29,058 bases of DNA, taken from a virus. Lineage: Duplodnaviria > Caudoviricetes. The stretch spans positions 1 to 29,058 of IMG/VR virus record IMGVR_UViG_3300020045_000191; one strand, 5' to 3'. Both the position numbers and the translations under genes were made by a program. Under the pieces are notes generated by a model. That model saw only the letters and a program-made list of their open reading frames with translations. It was not told the DNA's origin and made no database searches. Shown piece by piece: positions 17,608 to 26,312 of the stretch (the stretch's first letter is position 1; each line of letters begins with the position of its first letter).

Positions 17608-18276
17608 CTACCACACCGCTTTGTTGCCATGTGGCCGATTGGCCTGTGAGGTGCGCCGGTAATCGGCATCCGGTCGTAAGCCAAACACGCGGGTGAACTC
17701 TGCAAGCGCAGTAGCTGACTTGTTTGGGTTGAAAATCTCGGCATCCGGTCGGCTGTAGCAGCGGTGCTGCGCCCACTGAATCAGGTGGCGGTGGTGAATT
17801 TGGCCAATCTCGGGCGACTCACTGACCTGATCTTCAATGTTGACCAGCGGCAGGCGGTAGCACTCCAGTGCAATCGTGCCGCTGGTGCTTGGAAGGCATC
17901 CGAGCGTCAGCTTTGTGTCGGTCTGTATGGCCTGACGAGGTAAATCAACCCGCGTGCGCCAGTCTGAATACAGCCGGTCCATCTCCACCCTGTCGGTCAG
18001 GTGCAAAATTGATTCCGTGGTTGAACCGGTTGGCGTGAATGATGCCCTGGTGATGTCAATCACGGCTGGGTGAAGCGCATACGTCCGAACACCGGATGTC
18101 ACTGCAATGCTGCACACGGCTGGCGTGGTGTCATCATGAATCAGGTTGGCGCGAACACATGCCTCCTGTTCGGCCTCGTTGAACCACGCTGTCGCATCTG
18201 CATCAGACGACAGATATGGCAGCTCCAGATCAAACGTGTCTGAGCGGAACTGTGCAATCAACTCGGCGAGTGTCAT
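17608..18276 (-). CDS. Head-tail adaptor (connector) protein
   Basis: MTLAELIAQFR...WFNEAEQEAC...PEI...HHRHLIQW...Y..PDAE pattern; TAATG coupling to the upstream gene. Confidence 0.7.
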   Translation of the reverse strand: MTLAELIAQFRSDTFDLELPYLSSDADATAWFNEAEQEACVRANLIHDDTTPAVCSIAVTSGVRTYALHPAVIDITRASFTPTGSTTESILHLTDRVEMDRLYSDWRTRVDLPRQAIQTDTKLTLGCLPSTSGTIALECYRLPLVNIEDQVSESPEIGQIHHRHLIQWAQHRCYSRPDAEIFNPNKSATALAEFTRVFGLRPDADYRRTSQANRPHGNKAVW

Positions 18277-19031
18277 TACAGAGCCCCGAACCTGTCAACG
18301 TACTGGGTTACCTCTGTGCGCAGGGCTTCAACACCTTTTCGCTTGTCGATGTTGACTTGAAAATGCGTCTTGGCGTAGACGCTCAGAGCATCTTTGTCCA
18401 TGATGGCAATGGAGTCGCGCACGTCCTGCACATCGTCGGTTTCATCCTTTGGCACTGGAACAAGTTCCACGCGGGGTGCATCAGCAACACCAGGAGCATA
18501 CACATCGGCGTGTTTGAGCATCAGGCGAGCCTTGTCCACGGGGACCATGCGGGACTCGCCTTGCACAAAGTGAATGCGGGTGCCGTAGGTTCCGTCGGTG
18601 TACTCTGCGCGATTCCCAATGTATTTGACCGGCAAGAAGCCGCTGTCAATGACCTTGATCGTCGGGGCGGTGGCTATCACCACATCAGGCGCGTCTTTCA
18701 GGGTGTGGATGACAGCCCTGAACAGGTAATCTTTAGCTTTTTGTTCGACTGGAAGTTCGCTGTAGGCACAGAAACAAGGGTGCTCCTTCTTATCTGCATC
18801 TTTCACGGGGCCATGTTTCCATCCGTCCTTGGTTTTTTGCTCCAGCCAACTCTGGTGCGATGCTTCTGGCGTTGCGTCAGGGTTCGCAAGGTGCATGTCC
18901 ACACCAGCCAATGCGCTGTCCTTTTGCCACTGAGGTGCATCTTCCCATGCTGCCTGCGACGTGTCGCCAAGTGCAGCGCAGTAGGCACGGTTGATTTCAT
19001 GGGCAGCACGGGCAAGGTTTTCGCGGTTCAT
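18276..19031 (-). CDS. RyR (ryanodine-receptor repeat) domain protein fused to a C-terminal phage domain ending in a HeH/Rho-N-like helical motif
   Basis: SHQSWLEQKTKDGWKHGPVKDADKKEHPCFCAYSELPVEQKAKD matches the RyR-domain signature; AGAGGA RBS before ATG 19031. Confidence 0.8.
   Translation of the reverse strand: MNRENLARAAHEINRAYCAALGDTSQAAWEDAPQWQKDSALAGVDMHLANPDATPEASHQSWLEQKTKDGWKHGPVKDADKKEHPCFCAYSELPVEQKAKDYLFRAVIHTLKDAPDVVIATAPTIKVIDSGFLPVKYIGNRAEYTDGTYGTRIHFVQGESRMVPVDKARLMLKHADVYAPGVADAPRVELVPVPKDETDDVQDVRDSIAIMDKDALSVYAKTHFQVNIDKRKGVEALRTEVTQYVDRFGAL
18456..18469. repeat. Palindrome TGGAACAAGTTCCA
   Basis: Read directly from the sequence. Confidence 0.85.
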
Positions 19032-19098
19032 GGGATTCCTCTGGATCAAACAATGGGGAACAAGCAGGGCCAAAGCCCCGCCGTCTGGGGTCTACGCG

Positions 19099-19578
19099 TT
19101 AAGGCGCACCAGTCAGAACACCTTCGATGAACACATCCACCACGCCGACAACAGCATTGGCAGCGCCACCGGTGGTCAGGATCAGATAGGCATCTTTTGG
19201 CAAGGTGATAGGCGCATTGGTCGTCGCATTGCGCAGGCGTGCCGCAGAGCTGAGGGCGACCGCAGAGGCGAACTGGGTGGCGCTTTGGGGAACCGTTGCA
19301 CTGTCAACGCCATCGACATACTCAAAGCCAATGTTTGCTGTCACCGATGCGCTGAAGGCATCCGACACAATGGCTTGCGAGTCGTACATTTTGAAGCCAG
19401 CAGGCAATACACCCAGGCGCACCTTGTCACCAGAAGCAATGCCCGTTGCCACATCCGAGTCAATGAATGCACCAACAGCATTGGTGGTCAGATTGAAGTC
19501 CAATACGGTTTTATTGCCGTAGGGTGTGCCGCCAAACTGCTTCTGGTTCAGCACTTTCTTTTTCGTAATCGTTGCCAT
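19099..19578 (-). CDS. Capsid cement/decoration protein (jelly-roll type)
   Basis: 159-aa beta-rich ORF directly after the major capsid gene; GD.V.LG.LPAG motif; AGGAG RBS. Confidence 0.6.
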   Translation of the reverse strand: MATITKKKVLNQKQFGGTPYGNKTVLDFNLTTNAVGAFIDSDVATGIASGDKVRLGVLPAGFKMYDSQAIVSDAFSASVTANIGFEYVDGVDSATVPQSATQFASAVALSSAARLRNATTNAPITLPKDAYLILTTGGAANAVVGVVDVFIEGVLTGAP

Positions 19579-19609
19579 GATGGGCTCCTAGAAAATTGGG
19601 TTATGGACA

Positions 19610-19631
19610 AGCGGCCCGGTTAAGGGCCGCT
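19610..19631 (-). terminator. Hairpin after the major capsid gene (weak terminator or mRNA stabiliser)
   Basis: 8-bp stem AGCGGCCC/GGGCCGCT with a poor U-tract. Confidence 0.4.
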
Positions 19632-19641
19632 CATTGCCTGC

Positions 19642-20925
19642 TTAGGCTTGCAGCTTGACGGCGGTGTCGATGGCCATCACACCGTAGTCGGTGAACTGCT
19701 TGGTGTCACCGTGGTCAATCTCGAAGCGGATCTTCGAGCGGCCATTGATCGCACCCAGCAAGATCTCCAGCTTGTCGCCGTGATCCAGCTCTTTTTCAGA
19801 GAAGAAGAACGGGTTGCCGGTCTTGGTGTGTTTGCCCCAGGCCTCGGCCAGCGCTTGGCCACCCAACAGGAGCGCACGATCCACAGCAAAGCCGGTACCG
19901 AAGGCAGCAGGCACCAAGTCGGTAGCCGTTTCAGTCTCGGATGTGTAGCTTGCGCACCAGCGCAACGAGTCACCAGCATAGAAGCGGATGGGCTTGGGCA
20001 TCTTGATGATCAAAATGCCATTCCACAGACCCGCATCGCCCATGAACAATGGGTTCTGACCGGCTTGCTGCGAGCGCGCCATTGCATTTGCCTGCAGCGT
20101 GCGGAACTGGCCCGAGTTGCTTTGCAGGAAGGCGGTGTACTGCTCACTTGACACCAGTAGCACGCGCAAAGGCGAGTCGCTGGCCATCTTGTCGCCCTCG
20201 AAGATGACTGGAGGGGGCGGCACGGCCATGCTGTCGAGCTGGGTGCGCAGGGCATCCACCAAATCAGCATTCATCACGTCGGTTGTGGCAATGGTGATCT
20301 CGTTGCCAGAAGCCTTGATCGACTCGATGCCAGAACCGGTGCTCATGAAGTGGCGGTTCTTGGTCGGAGCCTTCACCGGGTTGATGGCAATCTCTGCAAA
20401 GTCAGGATCGCTGGCCTTGGGAACTGCCCACTCGATGTTGTCGTGAAAACCACGGGCACCGGCGAGGTGGGTCAGGATCAACTGATCGCCCAAGCGGTTC
20501 ATGTAGTTCTCGCCCAGGGCGCGGCCCAGCTTGCGCAGCTCATGCGGCGTGCGTTGCTGTGTCATGGTATCGCCAGCAGAGATCGGGTAACGCGCCTGGT
20601 TGATGCGCAAACGATCTTGGCTAAACGACATGGCACGACCCAAGCCCTCGGCATTGCGGGAGCCCATGATCGGCTTGCCACCCATGGGGTTGATCAAGTC
20701 GAAGGTGATCTCGTCACCGGCCATCTTCTGCAAGTCCATGCAGCGAACAATCGGCATTTCATTGCTGGATTGCTTGCGGATGGTGGACTCGGCTTCGGCT
20801 TGCTGTGGGAGCTTGCCAGTAAGACGGTTCAGCGTCGTGTTGCGCTGCATGTTTGCAGCAAAGAGACCAGCCGATTGCAGGGTGATCGCCTGCGGGCTGC
20901 CATAAGGTAGAGTGGTTGCACCCAT
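19642..20925 (-). CDS. Major capsid protein (N4-gp56/DUF4043-like)
   Basis: 427 aa; DL.K.AGDEITFDL, EG....MSF..D.LRINQAR, LF.GD.GLWNG and D.GV.AIDTA motifs; AAGGAG RBS; follows the scaffold gene. Confidence 0.9.
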   Translation of the reverse strand: MGATTLPYGSPQAITLQSAGLFAANMQRNTTLNRLTGKLPQQAEAESTIRKQSSNEMPIVRCMDLQKMAGDEITFDLINPMGGKPIMGSRNAEGLGRAMSFSQDRLRINQARYPISAGDTMTQQRTPHELRKLGRALGENYMNRLGDQLILTHLAGARGFHDNIEWAVPKASDPDFAEIAINPVKAPTKNRHFMSTGSGIESIKASGNEITIATTDVMNADLVDALRTQLDSMAVPPPPVIFEGDKMASDSPLRVLLVSSEQYTAFLQSNSGQFRTLQANAMARSQQAGQNPLFMGDAGLWNGILIIKMPKPIRFYAGDSLRWCASYTSETETATDLVPAAFGTGFAVDRALLLGGQALAEAWGKHTKTGNPFFFSEKELDHGDKLEILLGAINGRSKIRFEIDHGDTKQFTDYGVMAIDTAVKLQA

Positions 20926-20981
20926 AATAAAACTCCTTCAGTGGGACCAGCTCCGCCATCCCGGCGGTGCCATAAATAGGT

Positions 20982-21926
20982 TCAGAGAACCCGGTTCATC
21001 AGGGCCATGATCTGTTCGGGGGTTTTCCCATCGAACTTACTCATGAGTCCATTGCTTGACATATCCAGCATTGCGGCTGTCTCATCCGTTGTCGCATTCG
21101 AGCCAGCCGGGATCTCCGACAGGCTCATGGGCGGCGCGGCCTGAGCTTTGGCAATTGCCGCTTGCGCAGCTGCTGCAGCACTCGTATTCACGGGTGTTGC
21201 AACTGGTTTTACGGTTGCTGCCTTGAAGGTGTTGAGCGCCTCAATTACCTGCTCGGCTGTGCCTTGTGCAATCACGGCCTTGTAGCCATCACGCACAAAC
21301 GACGGTTGGTTGTCGATCCACTTGGCAAACTCTTGGCTTTGCGCAATCGAATTGACATCAGGGTGAGCGGCCTCGATGGCTGCGAAGTGGGCTTCCTCTG
21401 CTGACTGAGCTTGTTTGGCTTGCAACGGGGCAAGCACAGCGCTCAACTTCGCATCAAAATCCGCCTGGAGCGCAGCAGTGGTGTCCGCTACGATCTTCTT
21501 CACGCCTTTGGCAATGCCTTCCTCGCTGAAATCACCGAATAGGTCTGCATCGTCTGCAGGCTTTTCGGCCTGCGTTGGAACTTGTTCCACTGGCTTGGCC
21601 TTTTGGGCTTCTTCCAGCTTCGCTTGCGCATCCAATGCGACTTGCTTCCAGTGCTTTTCAGCTTCCCTGGCTTCGACCAGCTTGTCGTAACTGATGGTGT
21701 GAACACCATCCTTTGCCACGATGACCGGTACCGGCTCTACCGTCTTCACTTCAACTTCTTCTGCTGCTGGTGCTGGTGGTGTTTCAGCGGCGGGCACGCT
21801 GACTTGTGCTGTTGCACTATCGCCCTCGGGCAGATTCAGCATATGCATCATCTGCACATCACTCAGATTGCCATCAACTGCGTTGGCTTCGTAAAACTCT
21901 GTTTGGTTCAAAATTTCCCCTGCCAC
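20982..21926 (-). CDS. Capsid scaffolding protein (start may be TTG at 21911)
   Basis: Acidic, Ala-rich helical protein between portal and MCP. AGGGGA precedes TTG 21911, while GTG 21926 is buried in a hairpin. Confidence 0.75.
   Translation of the reverse strand: MAGEILNQTEFYEANAVDGNLSDVQMMHMLNLPEGDSATAQVSVPAAETPPAPAAEEVEVKTVEPVPVIVAKDGVHTISYDKLVEAREAEKHWKQVALDAQAKLEEAQKAKPVEQVPTQAEKPADDADLFGDFSEEGIAKGVKKIVADTTAALQADFDAKLSAVLAPLQAKQAQSAEEAHFAAIEAAHPDVNSIAQSQEFAKWIDNQPSFVRDGYKAVIAQGTAEQVIEALNTFKAATVKPVATPVNTSAAAAAQAAIAKAQAAPPMSLSEIPAGSNATTDETAAMLDMSSNGLMSKFDGKTPEQIMALMNRVL
21576..21589. repeat. Palindrome TGGAACTTGTTCCA
   Basis: Read directly from the sequence. Confidence 0.85.
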
Positions 21927-22068
21927 TTATCGCAGTGGCCGCATGAAGGGTTGCTATATGAGTGGGGAGCCGCGACCTAAAGGCCGTAGCTCCTTTCCTC
22001 TCCGTTCTCAGGAAGCCCACGCTTCACAGCGTTGGCTTTGCTTGGCCCATCACGGGTTAGCGGTGGTG

Positions 22069-22110
22069 ACTATGCAGCCGGGTAATGTTTGATGCAAACC
22101 CTAGTGGGGG
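22069..22110 (-). promoter_or_regulatory. Late-promoter motif copy 2 (CCCCCACTAGGGTTTGC), TTGCAT / 17 bp / CATAGT
   Basis: Motif at 22094-22110, just after a terminator and upstream of the scaffold-MCP operon. Confidence 0.7.
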
Positions 22111-22128
22111 TCTGATGCGCGCAGGCGT

Positions 22129-22152
22129 AAAAAAGCCCCAGTAAAGGGGCTT
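22129..22152 (-). terminator. Rho-independent terminator ending the terS-terL-portal-acb2 unit
   Basis: AAGCCCC-TTTACT-GGGGCTT followed by a T-run on the minus strand. Confidence 0.8.
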
Positions 22153-22156
22153 GGCG

Positions 22157-22171
22157 TGGAACATTGTTCCA
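22157..22171. repeat. Intergenic palindrome TGGAACATTGTTCCA (15-bp form)
   Basis: Read directly; lies between acb2 and its terminator. Confidence 0.85.
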
Positions 22172-22198
22172 GTGTCAAGGGATTTGATTTAGTCGCTT

Positions 22199-22492
22199 CT
22201 AAAACGTTGTAGGCTGGGCAATGCCACGGATCACGGCCATGAATCCGCGTTGCAAGTCCGTCGCGCCAATGCTGATCCAGCGCTGGTCCAGCAGCAAGGG
22301 GCTTGGTACCTCAGGACTGTCCACCACGGCAGATGGTCGCGCCATGTCACCATGTTTGCGCAGCTTGGCGATGTAGGCGCCACAAGCTTCAGCCAAGGCC
22401 TTTCCTTCGTTCATCAGTGCGACCTCGGAATCACTCAATTGCCGATAGCCGGTGATTTTTGGCTGAATGAAATGGGTATCTGTATTTGTCAT
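22199..22492 (-). CDS. acb2: Anti-CBASS protein Acb2 family (cyclic oligonucleotide sponge)
   Basis: KITGYRQLSDSEVALMNEGK and RWISIGATDLQRGFMAVIRGIAQPTTF match the Acb2 pattern KI.GYR.LS..EI..MN..K ... RW..IG.TD.Q.G.MA.IRA.AQP..F; ATGA overlap with the portal stop codon. Confidence 0.88.
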   Translation of the reverse strand: MTNTDTHFIQPKITGYRQLSDSEVALMNEGKALAEACGAYIAKLRKHGDMARPSAVVDSPEVPSPLLLDQRWISIGATDLQRGFMAVIRGIAQPTTF

Positions 22493-24732
22493 GGTTGGTT
22501 TCCTTGGTTGATGTTGTCGGTGGTGCGCTGTGTCTCAATGCCCTGCATGGGTGAATCGGGCTGTTGCGGAACTGGCGGGAACTGTGGGCTGGTATTGGCC
22601 TGCACATCAGGAAGCACGGCACCACCAGCGCCAACAGGCGGCGCGACACCCTGCGGCATTGGAAAGTTCGGGTCAACACCTACAGGTGTCGGAGGCTGAT
22701 AGCCAGCAAGTTTGTAGATAGCGTCCGCAATGGCTGCAATCTGGGGCATCTGCGCCACTTGCGCGCCTGCTTGCATGGCGCTGAATGCGCTTTCCGTTCC
22801 AGTCTGGACGGTTTCAGCTTTCAGTTTTGCAATCTCTGCGTTTGTCTTTTCCTGGTTGTAACGCATCAATAGCTCACGGTCCCTGAACTCGTTGTCAGCC
22901 TTGATCTTCTCCATCTCCGGGCTTGGCCTGTCCTTGACCTCTTGGATGGCTTTGAGGATCTCTTCCTTGTCGGGCACGTCCATCAAAGCCAACAAGTGCG
23001 GCAGGACAACCGGCTGATACTCAGGCGGCAGTGACTTGAATGCTTCAGCCAGCGACACGCTTTGCTGCTTGCGAAATGATGGCGTATTGGGCACATCTTC
23101 CATAGCCACCTTGAGCCGGATGCGTTGCACATCGTTGGTCAGGTACTGGATGCCAGTCTGCTCGTCTGTTGTGGGCTGGTTGAGCATCACCTGGCGGTCA
23201 GGAACCACGGCATTACCGCGAATCGTCACCGTCTCGGGCTTGTCGGCCATGTCTTCGATGATCAGCGACAACAGCAGTTCGCCTACCTTTGTCCGGGACC
23301 ATTTGAAGTTATCCATCAGAGAAGCCAGCGATTGCGTAGCCTGCTCGATCTGCGTTGTTTCCTGAATGCCAGATGTTGCGGTGCCCTTCTGCCCCTGAAA
23401 ACCTGATGTGATGCCCGATGCCCGCTCAATACCGGCGCGTGAGTCGCCCAGCATCTTGTACTGCTGCTCGTTGAGCTGGAAGTCTCGGAACACCTTGAAC
23501 GATGCGCCAGGCTGAGCCATGTGCTCGGCGTTGAGGATGATGTCGGCATCTGGGCGGGCAATCTGCTGCCTGAACACCTCATCCGAATAGGCCACTGCGC
23601 CTTTGGTGCGCTCGGTCCGGATAGCACTCAAGCCCCAACGGATTTTGCTGATGGCTGAGTTCACATTGTCTTGCAGGTACACCATGCCGCGCACCCGGCC
23701 AAACGGCACGCCGGTGCGGTCTTCGCGGTGGCCCCAGAATGGCACATAGGGGAAGTCGTTGTGTGGATACGGTGTCTTTCCGTCGTAGAGCTTGTGTGGC
23801 CCCATCCAGAAGCTGACATACATGCGGCTGACAATCGCCTTCTGTGGCTTGATGGTCCCATACGCAAGGGCAACCATGTGCATGGCATTTTGCTTGTCAT
23901 ACTCCACAATGCGGCCATCTGGGGTTTTCAGAATTACGGCCTCTTCCCATCTCCGGTACCAGACCTCGAACAGACACACGCGCCCATGCTCCGCATCGCG
24001 CCATTCCTGCTCTTCAATGGACCATCCGCGCTCCTGGTCCCAGGCCATGGCCATGTCGGTGCTGGTGCCGCCGTCCACGGACAATTCAAACTGGTCACTC
24101 CATCGGCCATTGGCTCGGTCGATCAGCTCTGCGTGCTTGGGAAACTTCAGCTTTGCCTGGGCCACATCCGTCCAGCGGCGACGCACCAGATAGCGCGCCT
24201 TGGTCAAACCTGGCGTTTGATCCAACATGTCCCAGAAGATTTCATTGCGGTGCACAGCATCACACCGGTACGGGTACTTAAATGGATCTGACTCGCGCGC
24301 GACCTCAACCCAGCCAATCCCAACACACACTTGCGGCTTGAACGCGTCGGTGCAAGCCTTGTCAGCGCCTGAATTGCGCTCGGCCTGGTTGATCTTGTAG
24401 TTCAGTGCGTCAGCAACCTCGTCGCCGTCAATGCCGTCGGCTGTGATGCGCCAGTCTGTGCGGGTCTTGGCTTCCAAGCCGGTGACAGCCTCGATGGCAG
24501 GGCCAATCAATGGCTCGATGGCTGGCGGCATTCCAACAGCCTTCTGCGCCTGCAAAATGGCAGAGTTGAGCTGGTTGCCGTCCACATACTCCATTTCCGT
24601 GTCGGCCTGTTTGCGCCAGGTCGGCTGGTTCTGGATCTCGGTGAAGAATCGGGTGAACTGCGCAAGCGATAGGCCATTGGGGCCGGGCTGTTCGTTGGCG
24701 CGTGCTGCGTCGGGGGAAAGTGAGTTGATCAT
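22489..24732 (-). CDS. Portal protein (P22-like)
   Basis: 747 aa after TerL; YVDGNQ, G.GWVEV and FPYVPFWG...R...PFG.VR.M...QD..N motifs; Pro/Gln-rich tail. Confidence 0.9.
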   Translation of the reverse strand: MINSLSPDAARANEQPGPNGLSLAQFTRFFTEIQNQPTWRKQADTEMEYVDGNQLNSAILQAQKAVGMPPAIEPLIGPAIEAVTGLEAKTRTDWRITADGIDGDEVADALNYKINQAERNSGADKACTDAFKPQVCVGIGWVEVARESDPFKYPYRCDAVHRNEIFWDMLDQTPGLTKARYLVRRRWTDVAQAKLKFPKHAELIDRANGRWSDQFELSVDGGTSTDMAMAWDQERGWSIEEQEWRDAEHGRVCLFEVWYRRWEEAVILKTPDGRIVEYDKQNAMHMVALAYGTIKPQKAIVSRMYVSFWMGPHKLYDGKTPYPHNDFPYVPFWGHREDRTGVPFGRVRGMVYLQDNVNSAISKIRWGLSAIRTERTKGAVAYSDEVFRQQIARPDADIILNAEHMAQPGASFKVFRDFQLNEQQYKMLGDSRAGIERASGITSGFQGQKGTATSGIQETTQIEQATQSLASLMDNFKWSRTKVGELLLSLIIEDMADKPETVTIRGNAVVPDRQVMLNQPTTDEQTGIQYLTNDVQRIRLKVAMEDVPNTPSFRKQQSVSLAEAFKSLPPEYQPVVLPHLLALMDVPDKEEILKAIQEVKDRPSPEMEKIKADNEFRDRELLMRYNQEKTNAEIAKLKAETVQTGTESAFSAMQAGAQVAQMPQIAAIADAIYKLAGYQPPTPVGVDPNFPMPQGVAPPVGAGGAVLPDVQANTSPQFPPVPQQPDSPMQGIETQRTTDNINQGNQP

Positions 24733-24734
24733 GG

Positions 24735-26309
24735 TTACATGCGCCAGTCTGGGGGTGGGGGTGGTTTTTCGTAGCCGCTGCCAGCCGATGACAGCATTCC
24801 AAGCTCTTTGGCCTGGGCGTATTGGCGCAATGCGTCTGCGCCTTCACTGCAGCCATTGGCCTTGTCGGGATCGTCGGTGTAGCGGTTGTCGGCGCGGCTG
24901 AACTTCTTGCGATAGCCTTCAATGCGCTCGATGCCCTTCTTGCAGCGGGTTTCATCAAAGTACACACCCTTTAGGTGCTTTCGGGTCTGGTGAACTCCGT
25001 TGATCAGCTCCGTGATGCGCGGCACGATGACAAAGCGCTGGCCGGGCATCAGCTCCTGCAGCATTTGCTGAGTGCTCTTGTTGTAGTCGCCAAGTCGCTT
25101 GTGCGCCGCATCGTGAGGCAGGTAGTGGGTGCCGAATAGATAGCCGCGGCTTTGCAGTTGGGCGACGTAATGGCGCAGGTTCTCACCATGGGCCTCGTAA
25201 TAGTCAATGAACCGGTCTTCTCCGCGTAGCTCTTGGCCAAACCACACGGCACATCCGTCGCTGTTTCCAATGTCCCAGAATGTGTTTGTTGGCAGATCCA
25301 GCACAGGCACGCGGGTGATTCCGCCACGCTTGCGCAGCTCGATCATGTCCTTGGCGTAGTAATTGCCCTCGGTGCTGACTTGGAATGCCTCATCCGGGGT
25401 CGATGGGTATTCCTGCCACATCCGTTCTTCGGCACCGGAGAAGTCGGCCGTCTTGGTGGCGATGTACCAGGCCCGCTGGTCCGGGTCGATCTTGCAAGCC
25501 ATCTTGGCTTCAATCACGTCGAAATACTCGTGCTCTTTGTCTGTGATTGGAACTGTGCCCGATGGCAGCCGGTAGCGTGGCTCTTGCCACCACGCATAGA
25601 AATGGAACCGGTAATCCTTTGGAGTCAGTAGAACCTTGCTTGCGTCCAATCCCTCTGATCGCTGTACCAACTCAAAGAACTCGCCGTCGCGTCCTTCGGC
25701 GGTTGACTCAATGACCAACACGCCATTGGTTGGCACCGCAGGAATTGAGCCGGTCACGACCTCAGCCGCCTTGTCTGGGAACTTGGCGCAAATCTTGCCG
25801 AACTCAGACACATGCAGGCGGTGGATGGTGCCAGAACGCATAGATGTGGCCACGCGCACGCTGCTGTTGTTGTGGGCAAACAGGAGCTCGGTGGCGCTGT
25901 CGCGGGCGAGTAAGTAGCGCTCTTTTATCTCAGGCGGAAGATTCTCATAAGCAAACTTCACCTTGTCGCGGAAGATGGCTTCGGCGGCCTCGCGGTCCTG
26001 GGCAATGATGCCGCAGCGCTGGTTGGCGTTGAACAGGGCGTGATCGAGCCACAGGATGGCAATCAACGTCGTGAATCCAAGCTGGCGGGCTTTAAGAATC
26101 AAATTGCGGTGCCAAAGCCTCTTGATAAATCGGCGCTGCGCACGGTTGGGCTTAAACGGCATGACGGCGCTTATCTCGCCGTTGTCGCCTTTGATCATAA
26201 TTTTGTACAAACATCCGCTAAACAACCGCCAATCAGGGTCGGCTAAGCACTTCGCAAGCTCTTGCTCGGTGGCAGGAAGTGGCATCAGCGGAGAGTCGTC
26301 AAGCGCCAC
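24735..26309 (-). CDS. terL: Terminase large subunit
   Basis: Walker A ILKARQLGFTT, Walker B LHVSE, coupling motif IESTAEG, nuclease motifs WDIG and ADALR. Confidence 0.95.
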   Translation of the reverse strand: MALDDSPLMPLPATEQELAKCLADPDWRLFSGCLYKIMIKGDNGEISAVMPFKPNRAQRRFIKRLWHRNLILKARQLGFTTLIAILWLDHALFNANQRCGIIAQDREAAEAIFRDKVKFAYENLPPEIKERYLLARDSATELLFAHNNSSVRVATSMRSGTIHRLHVSEFGKICAKFPDKAAEVVTGSIPAVPTNGVLVIESTAEGRDGEFFELVQRSEGLDASKVLLTPKDYRFHFYAWWQEPRYRLPSGTVPITDKEHEYFDVIEAKMACKIDPDQRAWYIATKTADFSGAEERMWQEYPSTPDEAFQVSTEGNYYAKDMIELRKRGGITRVPVLDLPTNTFWDIGNSDGCAVWFGQELRGEDRFIDYYEAHGENLRHYVAQLQSRGYLFGTHYLPHDAAHKRLGDYNKSTQQMLQELMPGQRFVIVPRITELINGVHQTRKHLKGVYFDETRCKKGIERIEGYRKKFSRADNRYTDDPDKANGCSEGADALRQYAQAKELGMLSSAGSGYEKPPPPPDWRM

Positions 26310-26312
26310 GGG

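Noticed and set aside
19072-19092. Hairpin between the cement and RyR genes as a terminator
   Set aside because: Short imperfect stem with only a 3-nt U-tract; insufficient support.
21927-22198. tRNA in the longest intergenic gap
   Set aside because: No cloverleaf or T-loop consensus; the region is explained by the leader hairpins, promoter, terminator and palindrome.
24735-26309. Intein or intron in terL
   Set aside because: Normal length, with contiguous ATPase and nuclease motifs.
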